Virus record (IMG/VR): IMGVR_UViG_3300035670_010555
Span: 105,855-169,854 of that record
Reading direction: 5' to 3' (one strand)
From: a virus
Length of the DNA stretch: 64,000 nucleotides
The stretch's first letter is position 1. Every line of letters starts with the position of its first letter. This document shows, piece after piece, positions 1 through 9,899 of this stretch. The notes beneath the pieces are model-generated. The model saw only the letters and a list, made by a program, of their open reading frames with translations, ran no database searches and was not told the DNA's origin. The position numbers and the translations under genes were made by a program.

Positions 1-680
1 TTATCCATTGGTTGACCATCAGGACCGATTAACTTACCTGCTCCATCAGAAGCGAAACCTGACATAACTACCAATACTTTTCTGTAGTTATCCAAAGTGT
101 AAGCTGAAGGTACCAAGTTGTCTGCTAACCATGCTACAGTTCCAACTTCAGCGGTGATTGCTGAATATTGTCCTTTAGAATAGTCGAACAATCCAGGAGG
201 ATCCAAAGCTGGTTCGTTACCTTCATAGAATCTGTCGTAAAGATCCTTAGTATTATTGTAGTCATAACCACTGTTCGGAGTTTGACCAGCCGCAGCGTTT
301 GGAGAACCATAAGGTGCGTAGTGCTCAGAAGTACCTGGTTGGTAAGACTGAATGTTAGGTACGAAGTAGAACAATTTACCGATAGGTAAGTTCATAGCTT
401 GTACTGAAACGATATCGTTTGCTAATAATTTAGAGAATACTCTTCTAACGATAGGGAAAACAACTGTTTCAAATGCACCTGTATCAGATGTAGATGATGC
501 TTCGTTAATTAAGTGAGAAGCTTGGTTTTCATAAAGTTGAGCTACGTTTTCTCTCATGTGACCCTTAAGACCCTCAAGGAATCCTAATTTGTCCCATTTG
601 TTGATTGTGTCTTCTTTGATAACTTTAAGGTGCTTAAGACCGATGTTACCTACAAGACCTGATTCTAATAATGCTCCCAT
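1..680 (-). CDS. Major capsid protein, T4 gp23-like (N-terminal part; runs off window)
   Basis: Manual translation from ATG at 680: MGALLESGLVGNIGLKHLKVIKEDTINKWDKLGFLEGL...AQLYENQ...FPIVRRVFSKLLANDIVSVQAMNLPIGKLFYF, typical gp23 motifs; follows scaffold and protease genes. Confidence 0.92.
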   Translation of the reverse strand, partial: MGALLESGLVGNIGLKHLKVIKEDTINKWDKLGFLEGLKGHMRENVAQLYENQASHLINEASSTSDTGAFETVVFPIVRRVFSKLLANDIVSVQAMNLPIGKLFYFVPNIQSYQPGTSEHYAPYGSPNAAAGQTPNSGYDYNNTKDLYDRFYEGNEPALDPPGLFDYSKGQYSAITAEVGTVAWLADNLVPSAYTLDNYRKVLVVMSGFASDGAGKLIGPDGQPMD

Positions 681-720
681 TTTTAGTATTTTGTTTTGTT
701 TTGTTTATTTGTTTATTTAA

Positions 721-2424
721 TTACCCAATTTTACTCATCAAATCTTTCATTCTTAAGAACTGAGGATTCTCATAAGTTTTTGACTCAATTAGGGTAGTTG
801 ATGACCCAGTAGAAACACTCTTGTTTAATTTAGTTTCTACCGACTCATTGATTGGTGTACTTTCAGTTTTAGACAATTCATCCTTAATTGACTTATAAAG
901 GTTTTTAGATTCTTTCAAAGTATCTACATTATCGAATCTTCTAAGAATGTTAATTTTTTCTTTTTTAGTAGTCGAATGTTCAGTGAATAATCTTGTAGCA
1001 TATGCCAAGTTTGAATTGAAGATAGCAACTTCATTAAGTTTCTCTCTAAAAACATTTAACGCTTTTCTGTATTCTTCATTTTTCTCTCTCAACGTTGCAA
1101 CTTCTGATTCTGCGGATTCAACTTTTACTCCGTTATTACCATAAACATAATTTCTGTTATTAGTAATACCTTTTCTAAGTCCTCTTCCTTCTTTTGAACC
1201 CATTCCATAAGTTCTAGCAGCTTCTTTTGTTTCTCTTTTTTCGAAACCTGCGTCATCTCTACGAGCCTTAGTAGTTTTAAGATCTTTTGAAGCAATTTTA
1301 CCATGCTTCATTGCCAATCTTTCATCCTCTTTGTCCTTGTATCCTTGACCTTCTTTTGTTTCTCTTTTTTCGAAACCTGCATCATCCCTACGAGCCTTAG
1401 TAGTTTTAAGATCCTTTGAAGCGATTTTACCATGCTTCATCGCTAATCTTTCATCTTCTCTATCGTCGTATCCTTGACCTTCTTTTGTTTCTGCCTTAAC
1501 AACTTTGGATTTTTGTTCCATATTTTCACCTTTCTTGTATTCGAATTTCGGTTTACCAGTACCTACTGATTTTGGTCCTTCTTTCTTATTTTCATCGAAT
1601 CCACCTTTAGCTTTATCTTTGTAAGTGAATTTAGGTCCAGACCCAATTCCAACACCTTTAGGTTTTACTGTCGATTTTGACTCTCTAACAGCTCTTCTAT
1701 GGTTGTAAGATTCGTCCAAATCTTCTTCTTCCATCATGTCGTCATCTTCTTCTTCCATCATGTCGTCATCTTCTTCTTCCATCATGTCTTCGTCTTCTTC
1801 CATCATCTCGTCATCTCCTTCGTACATTTCTTCTTCTTCGAATTCAATTTCGTACATAACTTCTTCTTCTTGGTCCATGTCAAAATCTTCAACATCTCCG
1901 TCTTTTGAGAAAATAGCATTGATTACATCTTCTGTATCAACATCCATTTCATCGATTTCATCTACATGCATAGTTTCATCTAATTCTTCCTCTTCCTCGG
2001 ACTCACCAAGCTTAACTAAATATTCTGAGTCAGTGTCAGTATCGCTTAAGTGAATATCTTCACCGTCTTTTTTAACGATGATACCATCTTCTTCACCCAT
2101 AGCCTTGAACACCTTAAGAATTTCTTCGTCTGAAGCGTCAGTCAAATCTATTGGACTCTCTTCTGAATCCATATCCATGTCCATATCAAATTCCATGTCC
2201 ATTTCCATATCATCATCATTATCAACAGGCATATCGGTATCGATATCTGTATCTAATTCAATCTCATCTTCCATATCTTGCTCTGACAGAGATTCTTTTA
2301 CTAATTGGTTGATTTCTTCCTTCATAGTTGAAGCAAGTATTCCTTTTGCATTCTGGGCGATTGCTTCTTCAACATTTCTCATTTGAATTAACGCCTCTTG
2401 TACTAAGTTTTTATTTTCTTGCAT
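721..2424 (-). CDS. Prohead scaffold/core protein (gp22-like), acidic, with internal repeats
   Basis: Lies between protease and MCP; very D/E-rich; coiled-coil C-terminus (NLAYATRLF...RMKDLM). Confidence 0.7.
   Translation of the reverse strand: MQENKNLVQEALIQMRNVEEAIAQNAKGILASTMKEEINQLVKESLSEQDMEDEIELDTDIDTDMPVDNDDDMEMDMEFDMDMDMDSEESPIDLTDASDEEILKVFKAMGEEDGIIVKKDGEDIHLSDTDTDSEYLVKLGESEEEEELDETMHVDEIDEMDVDTEDVINAIFSKDGDVEDFDMDQEEEVMYEIEFEEEEMYEGDDEMMEEDEDMMEEEDDDMMEEEDDDMMEEEDLDESYNHRRAVRESKSTVKPKGVGIGSGPKFTYKDKAKGGFDENKKEGPKSVGTGKPKFEYKKGENMEQKSKVVKAETKEGQGYDDREDERLAMKHGKIASKDLKTTKARRDDAGFEKRETKEGQGYKDKEDERLAMKHGKIASKDLKTTKARRDDAGFEKRETKEAARTYGMGSKEGRGLRKGITNNRNYVYGNNGVKVESAESEVATLREKNEEYRKALNVFREKLNEVAIFNSNLAYATRLFTEHSTTKKEKINILRRFDNVDTLKESKNLYKSIKDELSKTESTPINESVETKLNKSVSTGSSTTLIESKTYENPQFLRMKDLMSKIG
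1222..1492. repeat. 129-bp (43-aa) tandem duplication in scaffold gene
   Basis: ETKEGQGY..EDERLAMKHGKIASKDLKTTKARRDDAGFEKR occurs twice; DNA period 129 (1222/1351). Confidence 0.95.
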
Positions 2425-2547
2425 AGAAAAAAATTGTTTAATTTAACATATAAATAGTGCCAAAACTAAAAAAATTCATTTAACGATATCTCTAAAATAA
2501 AAAAAGTGGTCATTTGACCACTTCATTTGTTTCAGTTTGATTATTGA

Positions 2548-2757
2548 TTACTCAATTACTTCGTCGATTTTACTTTCAGATACTGCAGTGATTCTCCAAT
2601 CATGAGTGAATCCTTCGTATTTTTTAGTCACTTTAGCTTCCACATCTGTGACAGAGTAACCTTTAACAAGTTTCTCTTCTCTAACTTTTTTAATCTTACC
2701 CGTGTTTTCATCAGGGAAATCATACTGAATTTTTGCTACAAAATATTTTTCGTCCAT
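2548..2757 (-). CDS. DUF4494-like protein
   Basis: YFVAKIQY...GKIKKVREEKLV.GYSVTDVEAKV pattern of the Bacteroidota DUF4494 family. Confidence 0.7.
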   Translation of the reverse strand: MDEKYFVAKIQYDFPDENTGKIKKVREEKLVKGYSVTDVEAKVTKKYEGFTHDWRITAVSESKIDEVIE

Positions 2758-2761
2758 AATT

Positions 2762-3478
2762 TTATTTTCCTAAAAAATCGTCTAATTTTCTCATTAAGTC
2801 AACTGACTTTCCAACGTAGTCGTTATTTTGTTTAGATTTTATTTCTTCCTCTAAATTTTCTTCATACTTACTTCTTTCGTCAGGGTTAGAAAATAAATAA
2901 GCTCCGGGTGTTGAAGGAGATGACACCAAATCAAAACATATTAATTCAAAATCATCTTGTACTTCATTTCTTTCCCCAACTTTTTTTAATGAACCAACTC
3001 CACGAGAAGAGATACCTAATGTTACTCCTTGTCTCATTAAGTTCGCCGCTTGGTCTCCTTTGGTTGAAACGATTCCTCTTTCGTGAAACCCTGGAGATGT
3101 CAATAATTTGAGTTTTCCCATTAGTATATTTTTATCCCACCATATGTCTGTGATGATGTGGGATACTCTATCTAAGTCTATTAACGATGACTCAGGGTGG
3201 TTTAATTCTGATGTGGATAACCCTTTAGAAATTGCTTGCTTATATCTTTCAGATTCCCTTTTCAAAATCCTTTCAGGATACGTTCTACCATTTCTATTTG
3301 GTGTGTCGTATTTTTGAAGAACCGCATAAAATTCAAATGGATTTCTATAATCTAAATTGGCGGCTTCTTTCAGAACATCAATATTATGAGTGTCTTTGGG
3401 AGAAACCCAACCTGCATCCATTTCAATCAATATACCATGACCAAGCTCGCTCGCTTCTAAAATTCTTAAATTTTTCAT
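2762..3478 (-). CDS. Prohead core protein protease (gp21-like)
   Basis: NRNGRTY, ELNHP, VSHII, GISSRGVGS, DLVSSPSTPGA motifs. Confidence 0.93.
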   Translation of the reverse strand: MKNLRILEASELGHGILIEMDAGWVSPKDTHNIDVLKEAANLDYRNPFEFYAVLQKYDTPNRNGRTYPERILKRESERYKQAISKGLSTSELNHPESSLIDLDRVSHIITDIWWDKNILMGKLKLLTSPGFHERGIVSTKGDQAANLMRQGVTLGISSRGVGSLKKVGERNEVQDDFELICFDLVSSPSTPGAYLFSNPDERSKYEENLEEEIKSKQNNDYVGKSVDLMRKLDDFLGK

Positions 3479-3523
3479 CTAATCTTTTAAGATAAATATA
3501 CGGATTTGGATTGTTTGTTATTT

Positions 3524-3955
3524 TTAGTCTTTTTTAGAAATAGAAAAATCGAAGTATTTGTTTTGAATCACGTTATTTTTATAGATGGATTTTACTATAG
3601 TTTTTATGGATTCTTTGAGTTCATCACACTTGAAATCCATATCACGTTGAGTATATAGATTGATTTCTAAATTAAAAAATGACTTTTTACCTTTTGATAT
3701 CCCACTTGTTCGAAGGTCCAAATCTACAATATTTTTTTCTTGGAAAATTTTACAATCTATCGATTCATAAACGGAATTTTTTATTTCTCGTCCCAAACCT
3801 GATACAACTCGGTTCCAATTATTTAACTCTTCTTTTGGTGTAACCCATGATTGAATGTTTATGTAAACTGATTTTAAGTTTTTAGAATCTACTGTCCCAT
3901 ACTGTGATTTTATGGGATTGAACAGGTTAAGTTTAACACTTTTTCCTTTTTTCAT
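3524..3955 (-). CDS. Hypothetical protein
   Basis: 143-aa ORF in head cluster, divergent from bS21. Confidence 0.6.
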   Translation of the reverse strand: MKKGKSVKLNLFNPIKSQYGTVDSKNLKSVYINIQSWVTPKEELNNWNRVVSGLGREIKNSVYESIDCKIFQEKNIVDLDLRTSGISKGKKSFFNLEINLYTQRDMDFKCDELKESIKTIVKSIYKNNVIQNKYFDFSISKKD

Positions 3956-4024
3956 TAATAATGATATTATGTACGTTTATTAATGAAATTATATACATAA
4001 TATGTATGATTGTCAAAATTTTTT

Positions 4025-4032
4025 TATATTTG
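4025..4032 (+). promoter_or_regulatory. Bacteroidota sigma-A -7 element (TATATTTG) upstream of bS21
   Basis: Matches TAnnTTTG, 16 nt before the ATG. Confidence 0.6.
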
Positions 4033-4048
4033 TGGATATTTCTAATAT

Positions 4049-4240
4049 ATGATAATAATAAAAATAAATCAGGGTAATCCCCTTGAGAAGGCACTCAAGA
4101 CCCTAAAGTCAAAAGTAATTAAAACAAAACAAAATCAAATTTTATTTGATAGGAAACAATATACAAAAAAATCTGTACTTAGAAGAGCACAGATTTTGAA
4201 GGCAAAACATATTCAAAGTCTTAAAGACAAATCAAATTGA
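4049..4240 (+). CDS. rpsU: Phage-encoded ribosomal protein bS21
   Basis: 63 aa, basic; I.I..G..LEKALK.LK.KV......L.DRKQYTKKSV.RR pattern; antisense to flanking head genes. Confidence 0.85.
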   Translation: MIIIKINQGNPLEKALKTLKSKVIKTKQNQILFDRKQYTKKSVLRRAQILKAKHIQSLKDKSN

Positions 4241-4930
4241 TTCTTCCAAATTTTTTAATTTCAAAAAGTTTAATTGGTCGAATTTTTCAGATTTAATTTT
4301 GTCAATCGTTTCTGAAATTTTTGTTTTCATATCCTGTGAGTCTTCATTGTTTTGAAGATTAGTTAGTTTGGATATTGTACTTTCTCTTAATGTCTCAAAT
4401 TTTGTCTCCAAAGTTTTGGTATCTTCAGAAACTATTTGGAAAAATTCTTTTTTAGAATTTTCATCCAAACCAAGAATATAGTTATTAATGGTTTGATTTG
4501 CGACCGCAACCATAGAACTAATTGGAATATTTATATTTTCCTTGATTGATTCTTTTTTTGATGTAATAACCTTTAGAATATTTTTCTTCGCATTAACCCT
4601 TTCAAGTAAATCCACCCCTTGTGTGTAAACTAAAGTGTCAATATCGGAATAATTATTTTCAGTTTTTTCGGAAAGTGTGATTGGAAGTTTAATACTTGGT
4701 AAAACTTTGTTTAATAGACTAATCCCTTCTTCAATAAAATATTTTGCGTCCTGTTCACTTAACCCTTGTGGTGAACTCAGTTGATCATATATCGCGTATG
4801 CTTTAGACATAGCTTTATTACTCAAAACGTTGTGTTTGAATTCTCGCAAAGTCTTCTTGAATTCCATTTCATTTTTGTAGGATTCCAAGAGATTTTTTTC
4901 AATTAGGGATTTTACTGTTCCGAAGGTCAT
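4232..4930 (-). CDS. Hypothetical head-cluster protein
   Basis: 232-aa helical ORF between portal and bS21; TATTTAT upstream. Confidence 0.6.
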   Translation of the reverse strand: MTFGTVKSLIEKNLLESYKNEMEFKKTLREFKHNVLSNKAMSKAYAIYDQLSSPQGLSEQDAKYFIEEGISLLNKVLPSIKLPITLSEKTENNYSDIDTLVYTQGVDLLERVNAKKNILKVITSKKESIKENINIPISSMVAVANQTINNYILGLDENSKKEFFQIVSEDTKTLETKFETLRESTISKLTNLQNNEDSQDMKTKISETIDKIKSEKFDQLNFLKLKNLEESI

Positions 4931-4951
4931 TGTGTCTTTTTCAAATAAATA

Positions 4952-6802
4952 TTATGAATTTAATAACTTATCTAAGTGTTTTGAAATTTCTCCTAAAGAA
5001 TCTTGTGCTTGTCCCAAATTTATTACCTGAGATCCTTCAATTAAATTATTTTCCACTAATATGTTAAGGTCTTTTTTCTTTGATTCTGGTGTTACTTCAG
5101 TTGGTGGGGATTCTTCTGTTCCGCCTGCCGGTGGTAATTCTGGCTCTCCTCCAGGAATTTCTCCTCCACCACCGAATGATGGTGGTGGGCCCAATTCTTC
5201 TCCACCATCCGTAGTTGTCGCGGCTCCAGCCGTCGGAGTCGATCCTGTTTGACTACCATACAATTTGTCGATATTATCGAACAAACCTGTTTTGGTTATC
5301 ACAGTTGGAGTTGCTTTAAGTTCTTCACCAACAGCTCTTTCAATTCTTTGTTGTTGTAAGTCTAAACGAACTTCGTCATCAGACCATCCAAATATGTGTT
5401 TCTTAGCCCATGTAGATGAGGTCGCCTGAATTCCATTTCCTGGATCTGAAACTAAATCTTTATACAATAATACTTTTTCTTTCCAAACGTCAATCTTTAA
5501 CAAATCTGCTTGAGTTGATGGGTTTGTTAATCCGAGTGTAAAATTGGATAATTCATCTTCAAATCCTAATAAAAATAAATGTACGATAGCAATCTTATTC
5601 AGTTCCGCCAACATACTTTTTTGAATTCTATTTATTGTACGAGCAAATCTAATATCTTGTAACGCCAAGTTTTTACCATCACCTACCACTTCTTCAAAAC
5701 CCAAGAATGCCTTTGGTACTCGTAATGCAGTTAATAACTTTTTTTGAATATATTCAATATCGGCAATTTCAGACAAGTTAGTTGCTCCAGGTAGTGTGGT
5801 AATTGGATCTGGAGCTGCGGGGTCACGAACAGGAATAAAATAATCTTGGTCAACAGCCATTTGGTTGAATCTCATATCAACATTACCTGTCTTACTATCC
5901 ACTACTTGTTCTCTTTTGAACTTGTTTGCAACTCGTTGTACATATGCTTCAACATCGTCATCATTCATGTTTCCAACAAACACTTTGAACATTCTTCTTT
6001 CGGGAGCTCTTGACGTACGGTAAATCAACATCGCATCTTCGGAAAGTAAAAGTTGTTTCCAAATACGTCTAGCTTTTTCCAACATAGATGTTCCGTATGG
6101 TAGTTTTCTGTCATCACCTAATAATCTGAAGTGAGCAATTTCCCATGACTGAAATTCCATATTTTTATTCTTCCAAGTGAAGTGTAATGCTTTTCTGTCT
6201 TTATCAACTTCATTTTTAACATCAACAGATATTTTACCACTAGCACCAACTTCATGTCGTTCAATTTCTATGGTCGGTAATTGTTGGCATCCAACAATTC
6301 CTTTCTCAGGGTCTAATTTAAGATACACAAAATTGTCACCATATTTACAGGTGTTCCGTGTCCACATTGGAAGGTTGGTATTAACATCTAAAGCATTGTT
6401 GAACAAATCCGCTAATACCCCTTTTATTCTTTTTGATTCAGAATAAATTTGTAGAATAAATCCATCTTCATTTGTTGTTGTGGATTCTTCGGCATAAATG
6501 TCTAACGCGGCTGAAATCTCAGGAGTATATTCCATCGACTCATAATCGTATTGTGCGGACAACCTTGTTGGTTCATAGTAAATTGCCTGTGAATAAAGGT
6601 TGTTTTCTACCTTTGACCATTGATTGGTAAGGTAATATGTTTGTTGTGCTTGGAGTTTTTCTTTTTCGTATTCTTCTCTACTTTTGGTTCGCAGAAGTTC
6701 CTTTTTATCAAACTTGAATGTCGGATAGTCTTGATTGAGAAGTGAATTAGGTCCAAATGTTTGTGACAATCGTTGCCAAACTGTCATATTTTGTTCTGCC
6801 AT
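4952..6802 (-). CDS. Portal protein (gp20-like)
   Basis: EDAMLIYRTSRAPERRMFKVFVGN, DYFIPVR, ITTLPG, DIEYIQKKL..ALRVP, DIRFARTINRIQ. Confidence 0.95.
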   Translation of the reverse strand: MAEQNMTVWQRLSQTFGPNSLLNQDYPTFKFDKKELLRTKSREEYEKEKLQAQQTYYLTNQWSKVENNLYSQAIYYEPTRLSAQYDYESMEYTPEISAALDIYAEESTTTNEDGFILQIYSESKRIKGVLADLFNNALDVNTNLPMWTRNTCKYGDNFVYLKLDPEKGIVGCQQLPTIEIERHEVGASGKISVDVKNEVDKDRKALHFTWKNKNMEFQSWEIAHFRLLGDDRKLPYGTSMLEKARRIWKQLLLSEDAMLIYRTSRAPERRMFKVFVGNMNDDDVEAYVQRVANKFKREQVVDSKTGNVDMRFNQMAVDQDYFIPVRDPAAPDPITTLPGATNLSEIADIEYIQKKLLTALRVPKAFLGFEEVVGDGKNLALQDIRFARTINRIQKSMLAELNKIAIVHLFLLGFEDELSNFTLGLTNPSTQADLLKIDVWKEKVLLYKDLVSDPGNGIQATSSTWAKKHIFGWSDDEVRLDLQQQRIERAVGEELKATPTVITKTGLFDNIDKLYGSQTGSTPTAGAATTTDGGEELGPPPSFGGGGEIPGGEPELPPAGGTEESPPTEVTPESKKKDLNILVENNLIEGSQVINLGQAQDSLGEISKHLDKLLNS

Positions 6803-6838
6803 ACGTAATTTTACTATTTACCCTGATAATATAAATAG

Positions 6839-8599
6839 TTATTTAGCACCAAATAACCAACCATATTTTTGATAATCCGCTTTGCTGGCCCCATTATTAT
6901 TTAGGTTTGGGTCTCTGCCCATTTGAGGCACCATTGGATTAAAAAATTCTGAAGTATTTTTATTCTCATTTACAACTGATGCCCATGAATTCAACATTGC
7001 CTTAGTATGGTTAACAACTTTTGTTAATGATTGAAATGATTTTTCCGCAATATAAATTGCCATTGATAATCCCATAATACAGTCATCATGTTGGCCCTTT
7101 TGGTGGTCTGGTCTTCCATTTATGTAGACGAAAGTATTCATCTCGTTATATGTTCTATGAGAATATATTTTGAATCCATGTCTAACACCTTCTTCAAATG
7201 CCGCAATAATCTGAACTCGTTTTGTATTAAAGTTAATTCCAGGAATTTTGTCATTAATTTTCGGATCCCATTTCCACTTATTAGATGTATCAACCCCGTC
7301 AACATAAAGTCCCGCTTGGTATTGTAATTCTTGCATTTTTCTTGCAGTTGAAACTCCCATACCACCAGTGATATCAATTACACAAAATGCGTTATACATC
7401 GTTCCCCACTTGTAAGCAATTTCCGCCAACACATCGGGTGGAACCTTTCCAACATATTCTAAAACTTGTTCTCTTTCATCAAAATCTATAATTTGTATTG
7501 ATGAAAAATCTTCAGAGTCCCCACGAGAAACGTCAACACCCATTACATACTTGTGACCATTTACAGGTTCCTTGAAAATCCATAAAGCATTCCCCATAAG
7601 TTTTGCTTGTGGGTCTCTTAATTGATTTTTTGCAATATTTTGCATTAATTCAGAATCGAATACGTTATCACCCGATCCTAAGAAATTACATTCCAATTCT
7701 TGAGCAACTTTACGTCTATCGTATTTAAGTTTTTTTACCATTCCCTCAAACCATGATGAACAAGGTTTGTAACCCTTTTCAATATAATCCGTGACTATAC
7801 CGTGGTCTCTTTCGTAGGGGCTATCTGTGCTTAAATCAATAATTGTATCTATTGGATAATCTTCTCTGTTAAGTAAGTAATGAACCAAATCATTTGTTTT
7901 AACCATATACAAATCTCTTGTATATCTCGGGTCTCTATACCAAAACATTTCAGAGATTTTGAAATCATTCATCCCTCTCAATGATTGGTCATAAATTTCA
8001 TAATAGATCGGGTCATATCCATTTGGGGTTGAAACCACAATAACTTTACCTCCTGTAGAGAGGGAAGCCATACAAGCTGACCAAAAATCTCCGTCGGCCT
8101 CGATGAAGGCAGCTTCGTCAAAAATAAGAATGGTAGGGGTATATCCTCTCAAGGCATCTTTTGAGGTTGCAACAGATTTTACTTCACATCCGTTGTTGAG
8201 CTTGAAATGTCTTTGAGAATTTTTTTCAGCAGAGAATGCTATTCCGACCCAAGCGGGCCATTGTTCAATAAACCCTCTAATCTTGTTTGCCATTTCAACA
8301 GAGGTATCCAACTTGTTGGCAATGATTAGAATTTTCTCAGGTTTTTCTTTTCTCGCAAAGGCTAATTTTTTTGAAGACCAAGCGGCGGTTACGGTTGATA
8401 CACCTGCCTGTCGGTACTTAAGCGCAATATTTTCGTTGTATTTTTCGTAATCTTCAAGTAGAGAAACTTGGTCAGGAAAAAGTTCTAATGGGACATATTT
8501 TGATACCGTATTATCGTATGTCTGTAAATAAGTACGAAGTGCATAAGGGGTATTTCTCATGCACTTCGTATATTCTATTATTAATTGTTCTTTGTTCAC
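6839..8599 (-). CDS. Terminase large subunit (gp17-like), GTG start
   Basis: KYRQAGVST Walker A, ILIFDEAAF Walker B, VSTPNG, GVDVSRG nuclease, HDDCIM. Confidence 0.95.
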   Translation of the reverse strand: MNKEQLIIEYTKCMRNTPYALRTYLQTYDNTVSKYVPLELFPDQVSLLEDYEKYNENIALKYRQAGVSTVTAAWSSKKLAFARKEKPEKILIIANKLDTSVEMANKIRGFIEQWPAWVGIAFSAEKNSQRHFKLNNGCEVKSVATSKDALRGYTPTILIFDEAAFIEADGDFWSACMASLSTGGKVIVVSTPNGYDPIYYEIYDQSLRGMNDFKISEMFWYRDPRYTRDLYMVKTNDLVHYLLNREDYPIDTIIDLSTDSPYERDHGIVTDYIEKGYKPCSSWFEGMVKKLKYDRRKVAQELECNFLGSGDNVFDSELMQNIAKNQLRDPQAKLMGNALWIFKEPVNGHKYVMGVDVSRGDSEDFSSIQIIDFDEREQVLEYVGKVPPDVLAEIAYKWGTMYNAFCVIDITGGMGVSTARKMQELQYQAGLYVDGVDTSNKWKWDPKINDKIPGINFNTKRVQIIAAFEEGVRHGFKIYSHRTYNEMNTFVYINGRPDHQKGQHDDCIMGLSMAIYIAEKSFQSLTKVVNHTKAMLNSWASVVNENKNTSEFFNPMVPQMGRDPNLNNNGASKADYQKYGWLFGAK

Positions 8600-8620
8600 A
8601 CAGTTAAATCATATTCTGAT

Positions 8621-9898
8621 TTATGGTCTTGGAATTCCCAAATCTCTATAAAGTTGGTCATAATCATCATCGTCATCACCTTCAGAACCTTCTTCTCCTT
8701 TGAAATCATCATACTCACTCTTTGACTGTTGAGCTTGTTTCATGATTTCTTTGAATTTTGCAGTTGCCTTTCTTACTTTCGATTCATCTTCCGAAATTGC
8801 ATTACCAATGATATCTAAAAATTCTTTAGCTTCTGTCTTGTAAAGAATTGAATAAAACCAAGGTACCAATCCTTTGTTTTCATCATCGAACATCTCGTCA
8901 GGTAACGCAAACCTTATTTTTTCTACAATTTCAGGCCCAATTCTAAGTTGCATCGGTTCGTTTGATAAAACGTCCGTCACACCTCTAACTTGTTGAGACA
9001 TTTCAGGGTCTTCAGGTAATCCGTGTCTTGCGATAGATTCCTCTAACCCTTTGATTATTTCGTGACACAAAATTGGGAATATTAAACCTTCCGCAACAAT
9101 TTTTGTATCAGGTTCATCTTCACCTTCTCCACCCTCTTCTTCGTCTTCATCTTTATTTTCTAACTTAACTTTTCCAGCAACACCTCTACCTGTTTGAGAC
9201 ATCATTTCAATCATTTGTTCCATAGAAAAATACATGAAATCATTGATTGACATAATTTTCAAATAAGCAGGGTATAATTGTGGGTCAATTTCATCCAACC
9301 TTTCTTTAATTTCAGGTTTTTGAAAAATATAATGTCCCTTTTTTGCCGCCCCTTGAACAAGAGCGTTAATCATGTTTCTTTTATGAATTTCCAATTCCAT
9401 TACTTCTTCATCGGTCAAATCTTCAACATCAAACGATGGGATTTCAGGGGATTCTTCATCTTCCTTTTTCTTTGGTTTAGTAGCCTGCATTCTGAAATCC
9501 GAAATATTAATAGGTGATCTATTCAATAATGCCTCAATCGTAAACCAATCAGCAGGAACTTGTGTTTCTTCTAAACATGCGTCGATTGCGAGTTGTTCTA
9601 ATTCTTCTCTATGCCGGCCTTCGATTCTTGTTATTCCTGGAACTATACTCATCATTTCTTGAAAAAGCATTCCTTGAACCTGTTGAGAACTAATATCTTG
9701 CACACCAGTCACTTGCTTCAACTTATCTGCAACTTTTCCGAATCTCGAACTTACCAATCTTTGAACATCCGCTGCCCCCTTTTTCATTGCAGGATTAGTT
9801 GCATACAAACTTTCAGGACTTCCCAATTTTCTTTCTAATCTTGGGTCCATTCTTTCGGGTCTATCCCCGTAATTTATTTGTTCTTTAATCTTCGCCAT
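8621..9898 (-). CDS. Hypothetical virion-cluster protein
   Basis: 425-aa ORF co-oriented with terminase. Confidence 0.6.
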   Translation of the reverse strand: MAKIKEQINYGDRPERMDPRLERKLGSPESLYATNPAMKKGAADVQRLVSSRFGKVADKLKQVTGVQDISSQQVQGMLFQEMMSIVPGITRIEGRHREELEQLAIDACLEETQVPADWFTIEALLNRSPINISDFRMQATKPKKKEDEESPEIPSFDVEDLTDEEVMELEIHKRNMINALVQGAAKKGHYIFQKPEIKERLDEIDPQLYPAYLKIMSINDFMYFSMEQMIEMMSQTGRGVAGKVKLENKDEDEEEGGEGEDEPDTKIVAEGLIFPILCHEIIKGLEESIARHGLPEDPEMSQQVRGVTDVLSNEPMQLRIGPEIVEKIRFALPDEMFDDENKGLVPWFYSILYKTEAKEFLDIIGNAISEDESKVRKATAKFKEIMKQAQQSKSEYDDFKGEEGSEGDDDDDYDQLYRDLGIPRP

Positions 9899-9899
9899 T

